Shown: positions 1 to 10,593 of the stretch, piece after piece
Numbering within the stretch: position 1 is the stretch's first letter
Layout: the number at the start of each line of letters is the position of its first letter
DNA from: Cenarchaeum sp.
Lineage (GTDB): Archaea; Thermoproteota; Nitrososphaeria; Nitrososphaerales; Nitrosopumilaceae
DNA length: 64,000 nucleotides
Assembly: GCA_965212015.1 (NCBI GenBank)
Contig: OZ243037.1
Span: 448,001-512,000 of the forward strand
Reading direction: 5' to 3'
Position numbers and translations under genes: made by a program
The notes under the pieces: generated by a model
What the model was told of the DNA's origin: nothing
Seen by the model: only the letters and a program-made list of their open reading frames with translations
The model's database searches: none

Positions 1-41
1 AATATCTACACATTTAATCGACTGCACACCGTATCTTACTG

Positions 42-1337
42 ATGGTCTTTGGATGGGGAAGGGTGAAAAAACCCGGCGGCGTGCCGGAGGCAGTCGCAGA
101 CCCGGTGAGGCGGGACATATCCATGGACGACATTGAAAAGATTTTGGCGGATCTGGCAGACGTCAGGGCCAAGACGCTGGTTTCGCAGACTGCCTCGCTT
201 GGGGCAAAGATCACAGCGCAGCTCGGCGAGATCAGGGGAATTGCGGTGGCGCTGGAGCAGGACAGCCTAAACGTAGATGACATCGACAAGCACCTAAAGG
301 CCATCGTGGAGCGCGGAAAAAGGCAGGTCATTGCCACAATCAAGGAGGAGACGTCCGAAGGACTGGCCGACGTCAGGACAGTTGATGACGTCCTGGCGCT
401 CAACGGCGCGGCCGGCCGCTCGCTTAGGCGCATCGGCGACGTGCTAGGCAGGCAGACGCGCGTCATACACCTGTTTGCCAAGAAATACGCCGGAAAGCTA
501 AAGGCGATTCTATCTGAGCTCAAAGACGACAAGGAGGCAATGCAGTCGCTGGTGGACAACCACAAGGCGCTAGAGGGCGGAATATCCGACATACGAGGCA
601 GCATTGCCTCGATAAAAAAGCTGAGATCCACGCTCGGCCAAAAGTCCAAGAGGATAACCGTGTTTGAAGAGTCCATGGCGGATCTTGAGAAAAAGACCGC
701 GCAGATAACATCAGACGTGGAGATGATCAAAAAATCCGGCGAATACAAAGAGTTTCTGCGGATTCGCCAGTCACTTGAGGGGCTTGACTCCGAAAGGCGC
801 GGCCTCCGCCGGGAGGTAAACGACCAGTTCACGAAAATCTCAAGGCCGCTGGGCAAGTACGAGTATGTCTCCTCGATGGACAAGGATCAAAAAAACCTGC
901 TGCACGATCTCGTCTCCGATCCGTTCGAGGCCATATCGCACGATCAAAAAACCAGCATCATAACCATACTGCAATACGTGAGAAAGGGGGTGGTGGCAGG
1001 CTCAGTCTCAGTCAAGGACGCAGGCAAGTCAGTCCAGTTCCTAGACGAGACAACTGAGCTCCTAGACTCGCTGATACGGCAAAAAGAAGAGTTTACAGGC
1101 AGGCAAAAGGCGCTGCAAGACAAGCTGGCAGCCTTTGATGTGAGCCGTTTTGACGGCAAGACTGCAGAGCTTGACAAGACAGTGGCCAACCGCGACGACG
1201 CAGAGTCGAAAATACAGCAGTTCCGGGCCGACATTGACGAGATAGGCAGGCTCATTCCCAGGACGGTCTCGGACATTGAGCGGACCCTACAGGACATATC
1301 GTCAGTAATGTACGTGATAAGGTCTGAAAACTCTTAA
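42..1337 (+). CDS. Conserved thaumarchaeal coiled-coil protein
   Basis: 431-aa ORF, charged heptad-rich helical sequence, core-like codon usage; no catalytic motif recognised. Confidence 0.8.
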   Translation: MVFGWGRVKKPGGVPEAVADPVRRDISMDDIEKILADLADVRAKTLVSQTASLGAKITAQLGEIRGIAVALEQDSLNVDDIDKHLKAIVERGKRQVIATIKEETSEGLADVRTVDDVLALNGAAGRSLRRIGDVLGRQTRVIHLFAKKYAGKLKAILSELKDDKEAMQSLVDNHKALEGGISDIRGSIASIKKLRSTLGQKSKRITVFEESMADLEKKTAQITSDVEMIKKSGEYKEFLRIRQSLEGLDSERRGLRREVNDQFTKISRPLGKYEYVSSMDKDQKNLLHDLVSDPFEAISHDQKTSIITILQYVRKGVVAGSVSVKDAGKSVQFLDETTELLDSLIRQKEEFTGRQKALQDKLAAFDVSRFDGKTAELDKTVANRDDAESKIQQFRADIDEIGRLIPRTVSDIERTLQDISSVMYVIRSENS

Positions 1338-1360
1338 CTGACTGTGTGGTGCCGTGTGTG

Positions 1361-1762
1361 ATGTTCAAGAGAAAGGCGGCAGCCCCGGACAGAAGCGTGA
1401 CTATAACCATGGACGCCAGGGACGGGATTTTGTCGTTTTGCAAGATGAAGCACCCAAACGAGTGCATTCTCATCCTGAAGGGCAAGTCAAAGCGGGGCAA
1501 CATTGCAATCGACGGGCTGGTAATCCCGCCGTTTTCAGAGACCGGCCCCACGTTTGCCGGGTTTCCCCACAATTTTTTGCCGCTTGATATGAGCTATGTC
1601 GGAATAGTGCACTCCCACCCGAGCGGCTCAGCAGAGCCGTCCCTGACTGACCTGCACAATTTTTTCGGGCTCGTCTCGCTTATCGTAAAGTCGCCGTACG
1701 AAAACGACGACGTATTTGCGTGGGACAGCAGGGGCAACGGGGTAAAGATTACCACGGTATAG
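1361..1762 (+). CDS. JAMM/MPN+ (Mov34) metalloprotease family protein
   Basis: E...HSHPSGSAEPSLTD JAMM motif; ATG at 1361 preferred over GTG 1346. Confidence 0.88.
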   Translation: MFKRKAAAPDRSVTITMDARDGILSFCKMKHPNECILILKGKSKRGNIAIDGLVIPPFSETGPTFAGFPHNFLPLDMSYVGIVHSHPSGSAEPSLTDLHNFFGLVSLIVKSPYENDDVFAWDSRGNGVKITTV

Positions 1763-1831
1763 GCACACGCCCGCATCCGGGCAGGCAGAAAAGCTGAAAA
1801 AACCTTATATGTATTTCAAGGCGTCAGGACA

Positions 1832-2152
1832 GTGTTGTTCAACTACAAGGTATACTTGGTATTTCTGGCAGTCTCGCTTGCCATAAGCTTTGGCCTGCAG
1901 TGGATTCTGCCGTTTCCGTACGGCCTGGGCGCGGTGCTGGCGCTTTTCATCGTCTTTCCGCTTATTTTGCGCAGGGGGTACATGAACCGCCTCAGGGGAT
2001 ACGGGAATTCCGGGACCGGCGGAGGGGGGTTTTTTGGAATCAACCGAGACACTGGCACCTCAGTAAAGTACGTCTGCCTGGTGTGCAGCAACAGGTACAA
2101 GGGCGGATCCTGTCCCCGGTGCGGATCAAAGATGAAAAGGGCCGACTTTTAG
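1832..2152 (+). CDS. Small membrane protein with C-terminal zinc ribbon
   Basis: Two hydrophobic helices, Gly linker, CxxC...CxxC; TATA-like CTTATAT about 25 nt upstream. Confidence 0.8.
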   Translation: MLFNYKVYLVFLAVSLAISFGLQWILPFPYGLGAVLALFIVFPLILRRGYMNRLRGYGNSGTGGGGFFGINRDTGTSVKYVCLVCSNRYKGGSCPRCGSKMKRADF

Positions 2153-2161
2153 CAGTTAAAA

Positions 2162-2479
2162 ATGACGCTTGACGATCTTTGCAAAAAGGTGATCTTTCAG
2201 AACTCTGTTGACGTATGGATAGCACTCTGCGGCGAGAAAAACGCAGACTGGGACGACATGGAGGGATACAAGAGGTTCATAAAACGGCTGCAAGACGGGG
2301 GCACTGCACTCAAAAAGTACTCGCTGTGCGTCAGCGACGCGCAGAGCGCAGATGCCTTTGAGCGAAAAAAGGCGGCGTTTGCCGAGTCGCTCTCAGAGAG
2401 CGGGGATCCGTGCGCCTCGGCGTACACGATAAGGCTGAGCGGCTCTACAATAGCCAAGCTGCGCGAGATGTGCCCCTGA
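2162..2479 (+). CDS. Hypothetical protein
   Basis: 105-aa ORF 9 nt after the previous gene, abutting the convergent permease gene. Confidence 0.7.
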   Translation: MTLDDLCKKVIFQNSVDVWIALCGEKNADWDDMEGYKRFIKRLQDGGTALKKYSLCVSDAQSADAFERKKAAFAESLSESGDPCASAYTIRLSGSTIAKLREMCP

Positions 2480-3841
2480 CTATCTTTTCAGACGGGGGTT
2501 TATGATGGCGTCTAGCGCGTTGCCCATGAACACGAACGCAAGGCCGGTGATTGCAATCATTATTCCCGGCGGGACTATCCACCACCACAGCCCCCTGGCG
2601 GCCGCACCGTAATTGTTTGCATCGTGCAGTATCTGCCCCCACGTCGGAAACGTGGGATCGCCGAGTCCAAGAAAGCTCAGCCCCGCCTCCGTGGTGATGG
2701 CGGCCGGAACCGATATCGCAATGCTTGCAAGCGCGTACGGAAGCAGCTGCGGCAGGATGTGCCTCAGTATAATCACGCGATCCCTTTGTCCCATGACCTG
2801 CGAGGCCTCCACGTATCCGCGCGTCCTTATCTGCAGCGCCATGCTTCTAGAGACCTTTGCCACGCCGACCCAGCCAAACATCATTAGAAATCCGATTACG
2901 ACAAATATGCTGCTGCTGATAGTTACTGCCAGGATTATCAGAAACGGAAGCGCCGGCAGCGCATAGATTACGTCGTTGAACCTCATCATCGACTCGTCAG
3001 TCAGCCGTCCCTTGTATCCTGCATAAACCCCGTATAGCAGCCCCATCATTACAGAGCCGACTGCCACTGCGATGCCGATGAACAGCGCAAGCGGGGTCCC
3101 CCAGACCAGCCCCACTGCCAGATCCCGCCGCAGCTCGTCTGTGCCCATTACGCCAAAGGCCTTTCCCCCGACTATCATCCTGGAATCCGTTATCTCTGCG
3201 TCGCCTGTTCCGTACAGGCCCACATCAAAGACATACCGTCCCTGGAGGACGCGGTGCTCTGCCAGCTCTGAGAATACCACGTCCTCAGACGAAAGGCCGT
3301 TCGTGGGAAACCCAAACGCCGCGGGGTTCAGGCGCAGCTGCTTTCTTAGCGAGTCGTCCGTCGAAAAGATCCTCTCGCTGTGCACGGCGCCGCCTGCGGC
3401 CTGCGGCAGCGATGCGGACAGCAGCCTCAGCTGCACGCCGTCTGGCCTGATCACCGACATTTGCAGCAGCGGGGATCCCGAATAGCTTGCGGAAAACTCG
3501 TAGATAAAGTCGCTTGGAAAATCGTCATACTCAAAGTCCAGCACGAATCTTTGCGCAGACGCAGTTATGCCCTCGCCGCGAAACGTCCCAGTCGAGGCCT
3601 CAAGGATTTTGTGCTCTGGTATTTTTTCTGCCAGAAACCAGTTTACCCAGGCCGGAACCGACGTCTTTGGAAAGGCAAGCCAGCTGTCGGGATTGTTCCA
3701 TTCCTGGAATGTCTCAACTGGGATGAATGCCATGGCAAAGACGGACACGCCGGAGAGCACGGCCAGTATTCCGATTCCCGCCACCCCCATCTTTGAGCGC
3801 CTGAACTCCCGCAGGATCTCCTGCGAGCTGGCGCTACTCAT
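2480..3841 (-). CDS. Peptide/nickel ABC transporter permease (DppC/OppC-like)
   Basis: MGTDELRRDL, YVEASQVMG (EAA loop), AGLSFLGLGDP..PTWG motifs. Confidence 0.93.
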   Translation of the reverse strand: MSSASSQEILREFRRSKMGVAGIGILAVLSGVSVFAMAFIPVETFQEWNNPDSWLAFPKTSVPAWVNWFLAEKIPEHKILEASTGTFRGEGITASAQRFVLDFEYDDFPSDFIYEFSASYSGSPLLQMSVIRPDGVQLRLLSASLPQAAGGAVHSERIFSTDDSLRKQLRLNPAAFGFPTNGLSSEDVVFSELAEHRVLQGRYVFDVGLYGTGDAEITDSRMIVGGKAFGVMGTDELRRDLAVGLVWGTPLALFIGIAVAVGSVMMGLLYGVYAGYKGRLTDESMMRFNDVIYALPALPFLIILAVTISSSIFVVIGFLMMFGWVGVAKVSRSMALQIRTRGYVEASQVMGQRDRVIILRHILPQLLPYALASIAISVPAAITTEAGLSFLGLGDPTFPTWGQILHDANNYGAAARGLWWWIVPPGIMIAITGLAFVFMGNALDAIINPRLKR

Positions 3842-4889
3842 AGCCGGTCCTCACCCGCGGATCAAAGTACCCGTAGAGCAGATCCGCCACCAGAATGCTT
3901 GCAAGAAAGAACACCGTAAGTATGTAGGTGGAGCCGATGATGACCGGAAGATCCAGCACCGTGATTGCCTCAAAGTACAGCCTGCCCATTCCGGGCCAGT
4001 CAAAGACGGCCTCGGTGATTATCGCGCCCCCGAGTGATCCCGACAGGCTGAGGGCCAGGACTGTTATTATCGGCGGTGCTGCGTTTTTTAGCGCATGCGC
4101 ATAGATTATTCTCCTTTTCGCTATTCCGATGGTCCTTTTGGCTGCAACAAAGTCCTCCTGCATTATTCCGACCATAAAGTTCCTTACAAGGTACGCCCAC
4201 GATCCAAAGCCGATCAGCACTATGGTGATGAGCGGAAGCGCCATGTGGTATAGTAGGGCCGCAAGATATCCGGGATCCGCCGGCGCCAAGCTCGGCGTTG
4301 CGCGCGCGGGAAACACCTGGTATACGAACGCAAAGACGAATATCATGAGCATTCCGACCCACCACACCGGAAAGCTCGAGCTGATTACCGCAAAAGTCGA
4401 CGTGAGCCTGTCAGTCTTTGATGCCACCTTGCTTCCGGCCAGCGCCCCGAGAAATATCCCGATGACTGAGATTATCATGGTGGCGCTGGTAAACAGCAGG
4501 ACTGTCTTTGGCAGCCTCTCAAATATAATCTCGCCCACGTCAGAGGAGCCCGTATCGCTGGTCAGAAACACGGCCTGCCCGAAATCAAGCAGTATTATCT
4601 TGTACATGGCAAGCCCGATTCTCTGCGGGGAGTACCACGGCTCGTCTAGCCCGAGGGCCGACATTCTTTGCCGTATCTGAGAGTCAACATAGTCCTCAAA
4701 CTCATCCACCGAAGAAAAGCTGTCAGCCGCCGCGCTTTCGGCAAACTCGCTTCTCACCTGAAATACAATCCCCTGCTTTAGGATTGCATCCATATTCGAG
4801 CCGACTAGCGCGATTGTAAGCAGCAGCGTTATCATCAGGACCCCAAACATGGTAAGCAGCCTAGTGCCGATGTACTTTTTCAGGCCCAT
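3834..4889 (-). CDS. Peptide/nickel ABC transporter permease (DppB/OppB-like)
   Basis: EDFVAAKRTIG EAA loop, GAIITEAVFDWPGMG; start placed at MGLKKYI (4889). Confidence 0.93.
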   Translation of the reverse strand: MGLKKYIGTRLLTMFGVLMITLLLTIALVGSNMDAILKQGIVFQVRSEFAESAAADSFSSVDEFEDYVDSQIRQRMSALGLDEPWYSPQRIGLAMYKIILLDFGQAVFLTSDTGSSDVGEIIFERLPKTVLLFTSATMIISVIGIFLGALAGSKVASKTDRLTSTFAVISSSFPVWWVGMLMIFVFAFVYQVFPARATPSLAPADPGYLAALLYHMALPLITIVLIGFGSWAYLVRNFMVGIMQEDFVAAKRTIGIAKRRIIYAHALKNAAPPIITVLALSLSGSLGGAIITEAVFDWPGMGRLYFEAITVLDLPVIIGSTYILTVFFLASILVADLLYGYFDPRVRTGYE

Positions 4890-5125
4890 AAGACCCACAC
4901 CAAAAATCTGCTTATAACAATTTGCGGGATTGCCCGCCTGATGCACGATGCGATCCTGCACAAGGCCACCTCCGGTGCGGATTTGCCAAAGTGCCAAATC
5001 CCGTTTGCAGTGCCGGAGACTCGCAGCAGCCTGAACTTTGCGGCCAAGGGAGGGCTGGTTTTTGGCATTTTGGGCAGCGGTTTTTATTTCATATATAAAA
5101 GACTGGGCAATATGACTGGACATGT

Positions 5126-6600
5126 ATGCAGGCGAGCTTTGAGTACAATCCGTGGTGGAGGGACAAAAAGGCAATGACGACCCGCAAATCAAGGACTGGG
5201 AAGAGTCAAGGCTAAAATGGGATCCCAGACTGCGATGTACCTTCAAGGCAGACGACCGCATTTACTCGCTGCGAGGCCTGCGCCAGATTGGAAAGACCAC
5301 CCTCATCAAGCTAGAGATCCGCCAAAAACTAGAGACTGTTCCAAAATGGAACATTGTATACTATTCATTTGAGCTAGAAAGCAGCCCCAGAGACGTCATT
5401 GGTGTGATTGACGAATATTTTGACAGGGCAAAACAGACCGATATGAAAAGAAAATTCATGTTTCTTGACGAGATTTCCAATATTCAAAACTGGCAGCAGG
5501 CAATTAAAAAACTAAAAGATCAGGGAAAGCTCAAAGATTGCACGGTAGTTGTCACAGGATCCCATTCCATGGATATCCGTCATGCGACAGAACTGCTTCC
5601 GGGAAGGCGCGGGGTGCCCACAAGTGAGACGCTAGACAAAATCCTGCTTCCGATGAAATTTGGAGAATATGTCAAAACCATCGACAAACAAATTGGGAGG
5701 TTCATGGACAAGGAGGGCATTGCTGCCGCAAAAAGATTGTCCATAATACAAAATTTGGCACAGGGAAAAATTGACGAATTGATCGAGCTGTCCGTATATC
5801 AAAAGGAGTTAAACAGGCATTTTGACAATTATCTGCTTACCGGGGGAATTCCGGTAGCCATTAATGAGTTTTTGAGGGAAGGGTTTGTCCCAGATTCCAT
5901 CTATCAGACATATCTGGATGCCATAGCTGGAAATTTAAAACACGTCGATTACGACATGTCACAAGTGGTTAAGATAATCCCCAACATAATATCAACAGTT
6001 AGCACACCCACATCATGGAGATCACTGACAAAAAATTCCGACATCAAAAGCCACCATACTGTAGCCGAATATGTAAAAATCCTGGAAGACATGTTCGTAT
6101 TACAGGTTTTCTACAGATATGACGCTGCAAAAGACAGGGCAAAATTCGACGGGAACAAGAAAATATATTTTCACGATTCATTTTTTCTTCACGCATTAAA
6201 CGGCCTGATTGCCCAAAAGGAATCATTCAAGCTGAGCATGAAATATTTGGACAATCCGGGATTAAAAAGCAGGCTTGCAGAACAGACTGTCGCAAATCAT
6301 GCAGTTTCCCTTGCATTTAACACGTCAGGGCGCAAGTCGGGATTCGAATACCAATCCTCAGTATTTTATTGGAGGAGCAAGTCCGGACGCGAGGTGGATT
6401 TTGCAATCAGAGACGGCGAGTCCCTCATTCCAATAGAGGTGAAATATCAAAATCAGATCAAAAACGACGACCTGTACGGCGTGAATGATTTTAGAAAAAC
6501 CGCCAGGGCAAAAAACGGAATCATTCTGACAAAAAACGATCTGCGGGTAAAATCAGGAGTCTCACTTGTGCCAGTATCGCTATTTTTGCTGCTTGTCTGA
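5126..6600 (+). CDS. AAA+ ATPase with C-terminal PD-(D/E)xK-like domain (DUF4143 type); 5' end frameshifted near 5175
   Basis: GLRQIGKTT Walker A, FLDEI Walker B, VTGS, GGIP, EVDF..IPIEVK; the family N-terminal YNPWW motif lies in another frame from ATG 5126. Confidence 0.85.
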
Positions 6601-6833
6601 GCCGGCCGCAGGCGCTAGGCCGGCGGTTCGACCACACACAGGAAGGCCATACGGGCGGCAAAATGATGCGTTTTTCTCATCCCCGGCGGACTCTTGCCGA
6701 TGCGGGCCCCGGGCAGTCGGGGAGACACACGGCCGGATTTGTGCGAGATTCGTTGTGCCACGAGTGGCACTGCCCGCACGCCGTCAGGGCTTTTTAAATA
6801 CGGCGCATGCATCATACAGCTACAGGATGCAAG

Positions 6834-7073
6834 ATGAGCGAGGGCACACTCCGCAAGGCAAGAAAGCTAGTCCGGGACGGATGCGTCGTAAGAATTGAGG
6901 ACGGGCTGTACCAGATAAAGTCCTCAAGTGATCCGGAAAAATCGTACATGGTCACGCCGGACTCGTGCGAGTGCCCCGGCTTTAAGAACTTTTACAGGTT
7001 TCACCACGGAAAGGGGCTAAAGGCCAACTGTTCCCACCTCGAGGCGCTGCGCATTTTCGTGCAGGAAAAATGA
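6834..7073 (+). CDS. Small SWIM zinc-finger protein
   Basis: CxC...CxH (CECPGF...CSHL); TTTAAATA upstream. Confidence 0.8.
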   Translation: MSEGTLRKARKLVRDGCVVRIEDGLYQIKSSSDPEKSYMVTPDSCECPGFKNFYRFHHGKGLKANCSHLEALRIFVQEK

Positions 7074-7116
7074 CCCGCAGTCAGCAAATCCCCGCGTGCG
7101 TCCCGGGGCAAAAGTG

Positions 7117-8247
7117 CTAGCCCGCAGTATGGTTTACCGGAATAATGCTGGTTCCGTTGATTATAAATTCCGCAAATGTCCCATTGACGTTGAGCAGAAT
7201 CCGGGACCCGCTCAGTCCAATCTGGATCTCTGTACCGTTAAGGCTGACAGATGCGTTTTGAACCGCATCTATGGGGTTTGTAAGGTTTATTGCAATAGAG
7301 TTTATGGCAGTAGAGTTTGTTAGTGTAGAGTTTGTCAAGGTAGAGTTTGTTAGTGTAGAGTTTGTTAATGTAGAGTTTGAATCCTTGTGCGCCTCGGTCT
7401 GGTTTCCGTACGTGACTATCTCCATCATCTCCCTTGACACGGCAAGCTTTTCAAGGTACACCTTTCTTGCGTCCTCGTACGTGCCGCCCTGCGTCAGGAC
7501 CTCGTCCATCGCATTCCGGGCGCCCTCAAAGACGTTTATCGTGTGGTTTATCTGCCTTTTGATGGTGTCCTTGATCTTTGGGTCCACCTTGTTGATAAAC
7601 ACGTCATAGCCCCTGCCAGAAAACGTTCCGGCCCCGGGGTTTTTCTCGTCGATGATTTTCTGCGTCTGCACGTCTGTCTGGTTTCGCATTTCGGCCAGGC
7701 TTGCGTTTGCCTCATCAATGGAGCGCTGTACCGCCTTTTCCTCAAGCAGCTTTGCGTACAGATCCTGGTAATGCCAGTACAGCGCCTTGCCCGTGGGATT
7801 GTCCCCCAGGCCTGCGGGATCCAGTCCCAGGTATTTTTTGGCCTCGTCAGTCTCTAGCAGCCGTTGCGTGTGGGCATACGCGGTAATCTCGCCTGTTACC
7901 CTAAAGGTGGCGCTTCCAAGCCCAATCCTGTCGCCCTGCGTGGCCCTAATGTTCACCACGTGCTCCCCGGGAAGCAGCCGGAGTCCGGCAAGCTCGTGGG
8001 AGAATCCCCCCGTATCGTTTGACATTACCTGTACTGTGCCCTGCCCGTTTCTCATCTGTACGGTGGCATTGGCCACCGGCTTGCCGGCATGATCGACTAT
8101 CAGGCCGGAGATTATCGGGTTTTGTCCCTCGGGGAGCGGCGCGTTTTCCACCTGTGCGGTTATCAGCAGATCCCACAGGGTGGACTCTGCTAGCGGAACG
8201 CCTGAGAGTACGACTAGCCCCGCAAGTACGAGTATGGGCCTTAGCAT
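7117..8247 (-). CDS. Secreted/surface protein with Ig-like N-terminal domain and NSTLT repeats
   Basis: Signal peptide, DHAGKPVANATV beta-sandwich motif, many N-x-S/T sequons. Confidence 0.8.
   Translation of the reverse strand: MLRPILVLAGLVVLSGVPLAESTLWDLLITAQVENAPLPEGQNPIISGLIVDHAGKPVANATVQMRNGQGTVQVMSNDTGGFSHELAGLRLLPGEHVVNIRATQGDRIGLGSATFRVTGEITAYAHTQRLLETDEAKKYLGLDPAGLGDNPTGKALYWHYQDLYAKLLEEKAVQRSIDEANASLAEMRNQTDVQTQKIIDEKNPGAGTFSGRGYDVFINKVDPKIKDTIKRQINHTINVFEGARNAMDEVLTQGGTYEDARKVYLEKLAVSREMMEIVTYGNQTEAHKDSNSTLTNSTLTNSTLTNSTLTNSTAINSIAINLTNPIDAVQNASVSLNGTEIQIGLSGSRILLNVNGTFAEFIINGTSIIPVNHTAG
7295..7379 (-). repeat. 15-bp coding tandem repeat (NSTLT, about 5 copies)
   Basis: GTAGAGTTTG at 7310, 7325, 7340, 7355, 7370. 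Confidence 0.9.
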
Positions 8248-8466
8248 GGCCTGGAATCCTGATTTGAGTTGTTAAGACTCGACATCTAGATTATTTTACG
8301 CCTGTGGGTAAGAATTGTTGATCAAGTGCGGGCCTGTCGCGCCCCGGTTTTTGCCGGCAGATGCGCGTTTTTCTGTAAAACCCGGTTTTCTGGCTTGTCG
8401 TGCAGTCTTTTGGCGTACGGGGCCCGAATCGAAAAACTTTTCAAACTATGCCGTATAACGTAATGC

Positions 8467-8601
8467 ATGATATGCGGCGCCTGCGAGAAGAGAAGGCACT
8501 TTGAGTGCATCGACTGCAAAAGCGATCACAGCACCTGCCTGTGCGGGTGCGACTGCCACGACGAGGCCACAAAGTCCCACAAGGAGCAAGAAAAGCACTG
8601 A
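8467..8601 (+). CDS. 44-aa Cys/His-rich metallothionein-like or zinc-binding microprotein (below the ORF-track cutoff)
   Basis: MICGACEKRRHFECIDCKSDHSTCLCGCDCHDEATKSHKEQEKH: 8 Cys in CxxC, CxxC, CxCxCxC. Confidence 0.7.
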   Translation: MICGACEKRRHFECIDCKSDHSTCLCGCDCHDEATKSHKEQEKH

Positions 8602-8714
8602 TTTGCGGGGCGCGCATGCGCCGACCGATCAGTTTTTGCAAAACGGCCGCCAATACGGCCGGCATGTTATATAAAACATATCGTCCGATCGCAAAAAATC
8701 AAGATTCATAAGCG

Positions 8715-10460
8715 ATGAAAGTGTTTGTTGGAAAAATCACAGAGATGCTTATGAAGAGTTTTGGAACGCTAGAATACGTACTTGACAGGTATTCGCAGTC
8801 ATGGAGCTGGAAGATCACCGGCCCGCGCGCAGTAAACATGGTCTCGCGGCTCATACCGCAGTCGTGGTACGGCGACGGCCCAGACGAGGCAATAGTGCCG
8901 GACAATTCGCAAAACGTGCAGCAGATCAAGTGGATTCTAGACAGGTATCCGCTGGAGATCCTATCAAAGACCACCTGGCAGAGAAAAATCATAAAATTCA
9001 GGCCCCGCAAGGAAAAGCCGCCCAAGCTGGAGAAGCTGAGGCGCATAAAACCCGGCGAGCAGTTCAGGGGAAAGCTGCTCAACTTTCAAAAGGAGGGGCT
9101 GGATTTCCTGATAAAGTCCTCCGGCAACGCGCTGCTTGCCGACGAGATGGGGCTTGGAAAGACAGTCCAGACCCTGGCATATTTGTCGTCAGAAAAGCAG
9201 GCAATGCCGGCGCTGATTGTGGCCCCCCTAGTCACGCTGCAAAACTGGCAGAGGGAGATTGAAAAGTTTGTAAAAAAGAAGAGCAGGAACGGCAGGATTC
9301 TGAGCAGGCAGAGCCCGTCGTCCACCCTGATACGGAAGGGCAAGTCAGCAGAGATTGGCGAGTTTGACTTTTACATCATAAACTATGAGCTGCTAGACAA
9401 GAGGTTCGAGGATCTCTCAAGGCTCGGCATAAAATCCATAGTGTGCGACGAGGTGCAAAACCTCCGCTCCAAGTCCACGAAAAAATACACGGCAGTCAAG
9501 AGGCTCGCCGCGCTAAAATCAATAACGCACAGGATAGGGCTGTCCGGAACGCCGATCTACAACCGCGGCTCGGAGATATGGCCCATCATAGACATATTAA
9601 AGCCCGGACTGCTGGGAAGCTTTACCGAGTTTTGCGAGTATTTCTGCTATGTCAACGAAAAGGGAAAGGCCATAGTGCTTGAAAACAAGAGAGAGTCGCT
9701 AAGAAAGGACCTCCAAAAGCACGTGATGCTGCGAAGGAAAAAGTCCGACGTGCTCAAGGAGCTAAAAGACAAGGTGCGCTACAAGGAGATTATCGACTCG
9801 GATTCGGACTATTACCTCGAGGAGCTCGACAGGATATGGAAAAAGCTCGAAGACGAGCAAAAGGAGGCAGAGAGCGTCTTTGACAAGTCGGCGTCGTTTC
9901 GCCGCGCCATCCAAAGCGAAAGGCAGGCGGCAGGTGCGGCAAAAATCCCCCACGTGATAAACTTTGTCAAGAACATCATGGAGATAGAGGAGAGCGTTGT
10001 AGTGTTCTGCCACCACAAGTCAATACACAAGACGCTCCGGGAAAACCTGGCAGAGTTCTCGCCGGTCTCCATCATCGGCGGACAGACAGACAAGCTGCGC
10101 CAGGATCAAATCGACAGGTTCCAGGAGGGGAGATCAAAGCTAATGATTGCAGGGCTGCGCGCAGGCAACGTGGGCATCAATCTGAGCAGGGCGCGCTATG
10201 TGATTTTCGCCGAGCTTGACTGGAGCCCGGCAATACACAGGCAGGCAGAAGACAGGCTGCACCGCATTGGCCAGAAAAACACGGTCTTTGCGTACTATCT
10301 CATCGGAAACGGGACGCTAGATGACCACGTGGCAGACATTCTGGTGGACAAGAGCTACGAGATTGACAGCATAATGGACGATACGGTGGATGCCTTTGAG
10401 GACAAGGAAAAAGCCAAGCTCATCCTGGCCCAAATCCAGGACAAGCTAAACATGCGGTGA
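8715..10460 (+). CDS. SNF2-family DNA helicase/translocase
   Basis: LADEMGLGKT, DEVQ, LSGTP, GINL, QAEDRLHRIGQ; true start may be about 8751. Confidence 0.95.
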   Translation: MKVFVGKITEMLMKSFGTLEYVLDRYSQSWSWKITGPRAVNMVSRLIPQSWYGDGPDEAIVPDNSQNVQQIKWILDRYPLEILSKTTWQRKIIKFRPRKEKPPKLEKLRRIKPGEQFRGKLLNFQKEGLDFLIKSSGNALLADEMGLGKTVQTLAYLSSEKQAMPALIVAPLVTLQNWQREIEKFVKKKSRNGRILSRQSPSSTLIRKGKSAEIGEFDFYIINYELLDKRFEDLSRLGIKSIVCDEVQNLRSKSTKKYTAVKRLAALKSITHRIGLSGTPIYNRGSEIWPIIDILKPGLLGSFTEFCEYFCYVNEKGKAIVLENKRESLRKDLQKHVMLRRKKSDVLKELKDKVRYKEIIDSDSDYYLEELDRIWKKLEDEQKEAESVFDKSASFRRAIQSERQAAGAAKIPHVINFVKNIMEIEESVVVFCHHKSIHKTLRENLAEFSPVSIIGGQTDKLRQDQIDRFQEGRSKLMIAGLRAGNVGINLSRARYVIFAELDWSPAIHRQAEDRLHRIGQKNTVFAYYLIGNGTLDDHVADILVDKSYEIDSIMDDTVDAFEDKEKAKLILAQIQDKLNMR

Positions 10461-10593
10461 ATATCCGGCGAGTATCTGGTGCGGGTCGCGTCCCCTCTGC
10501 GGGGCGAAAAACAGGCCAGATAGGCCTGCTTTTGGCGCAAAAACGCCGGATTTGGAAAAAATCTTTTAATAGATCACGGGTGGTTTTTCAGCA

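Noticed and set aside
14-883. 289-aa minus-strand ORF and similar long antisense ORFs over core genes
   Set aside because: Ser-rich shadow frames opposite well-supported genes
4890-5261. Long N-terminal extensions in the ORF track (permease; also 12045, 17037, 23018, 27293)
   Set aside because: They overlap other genes or promoters; family-typical starts lie downstream
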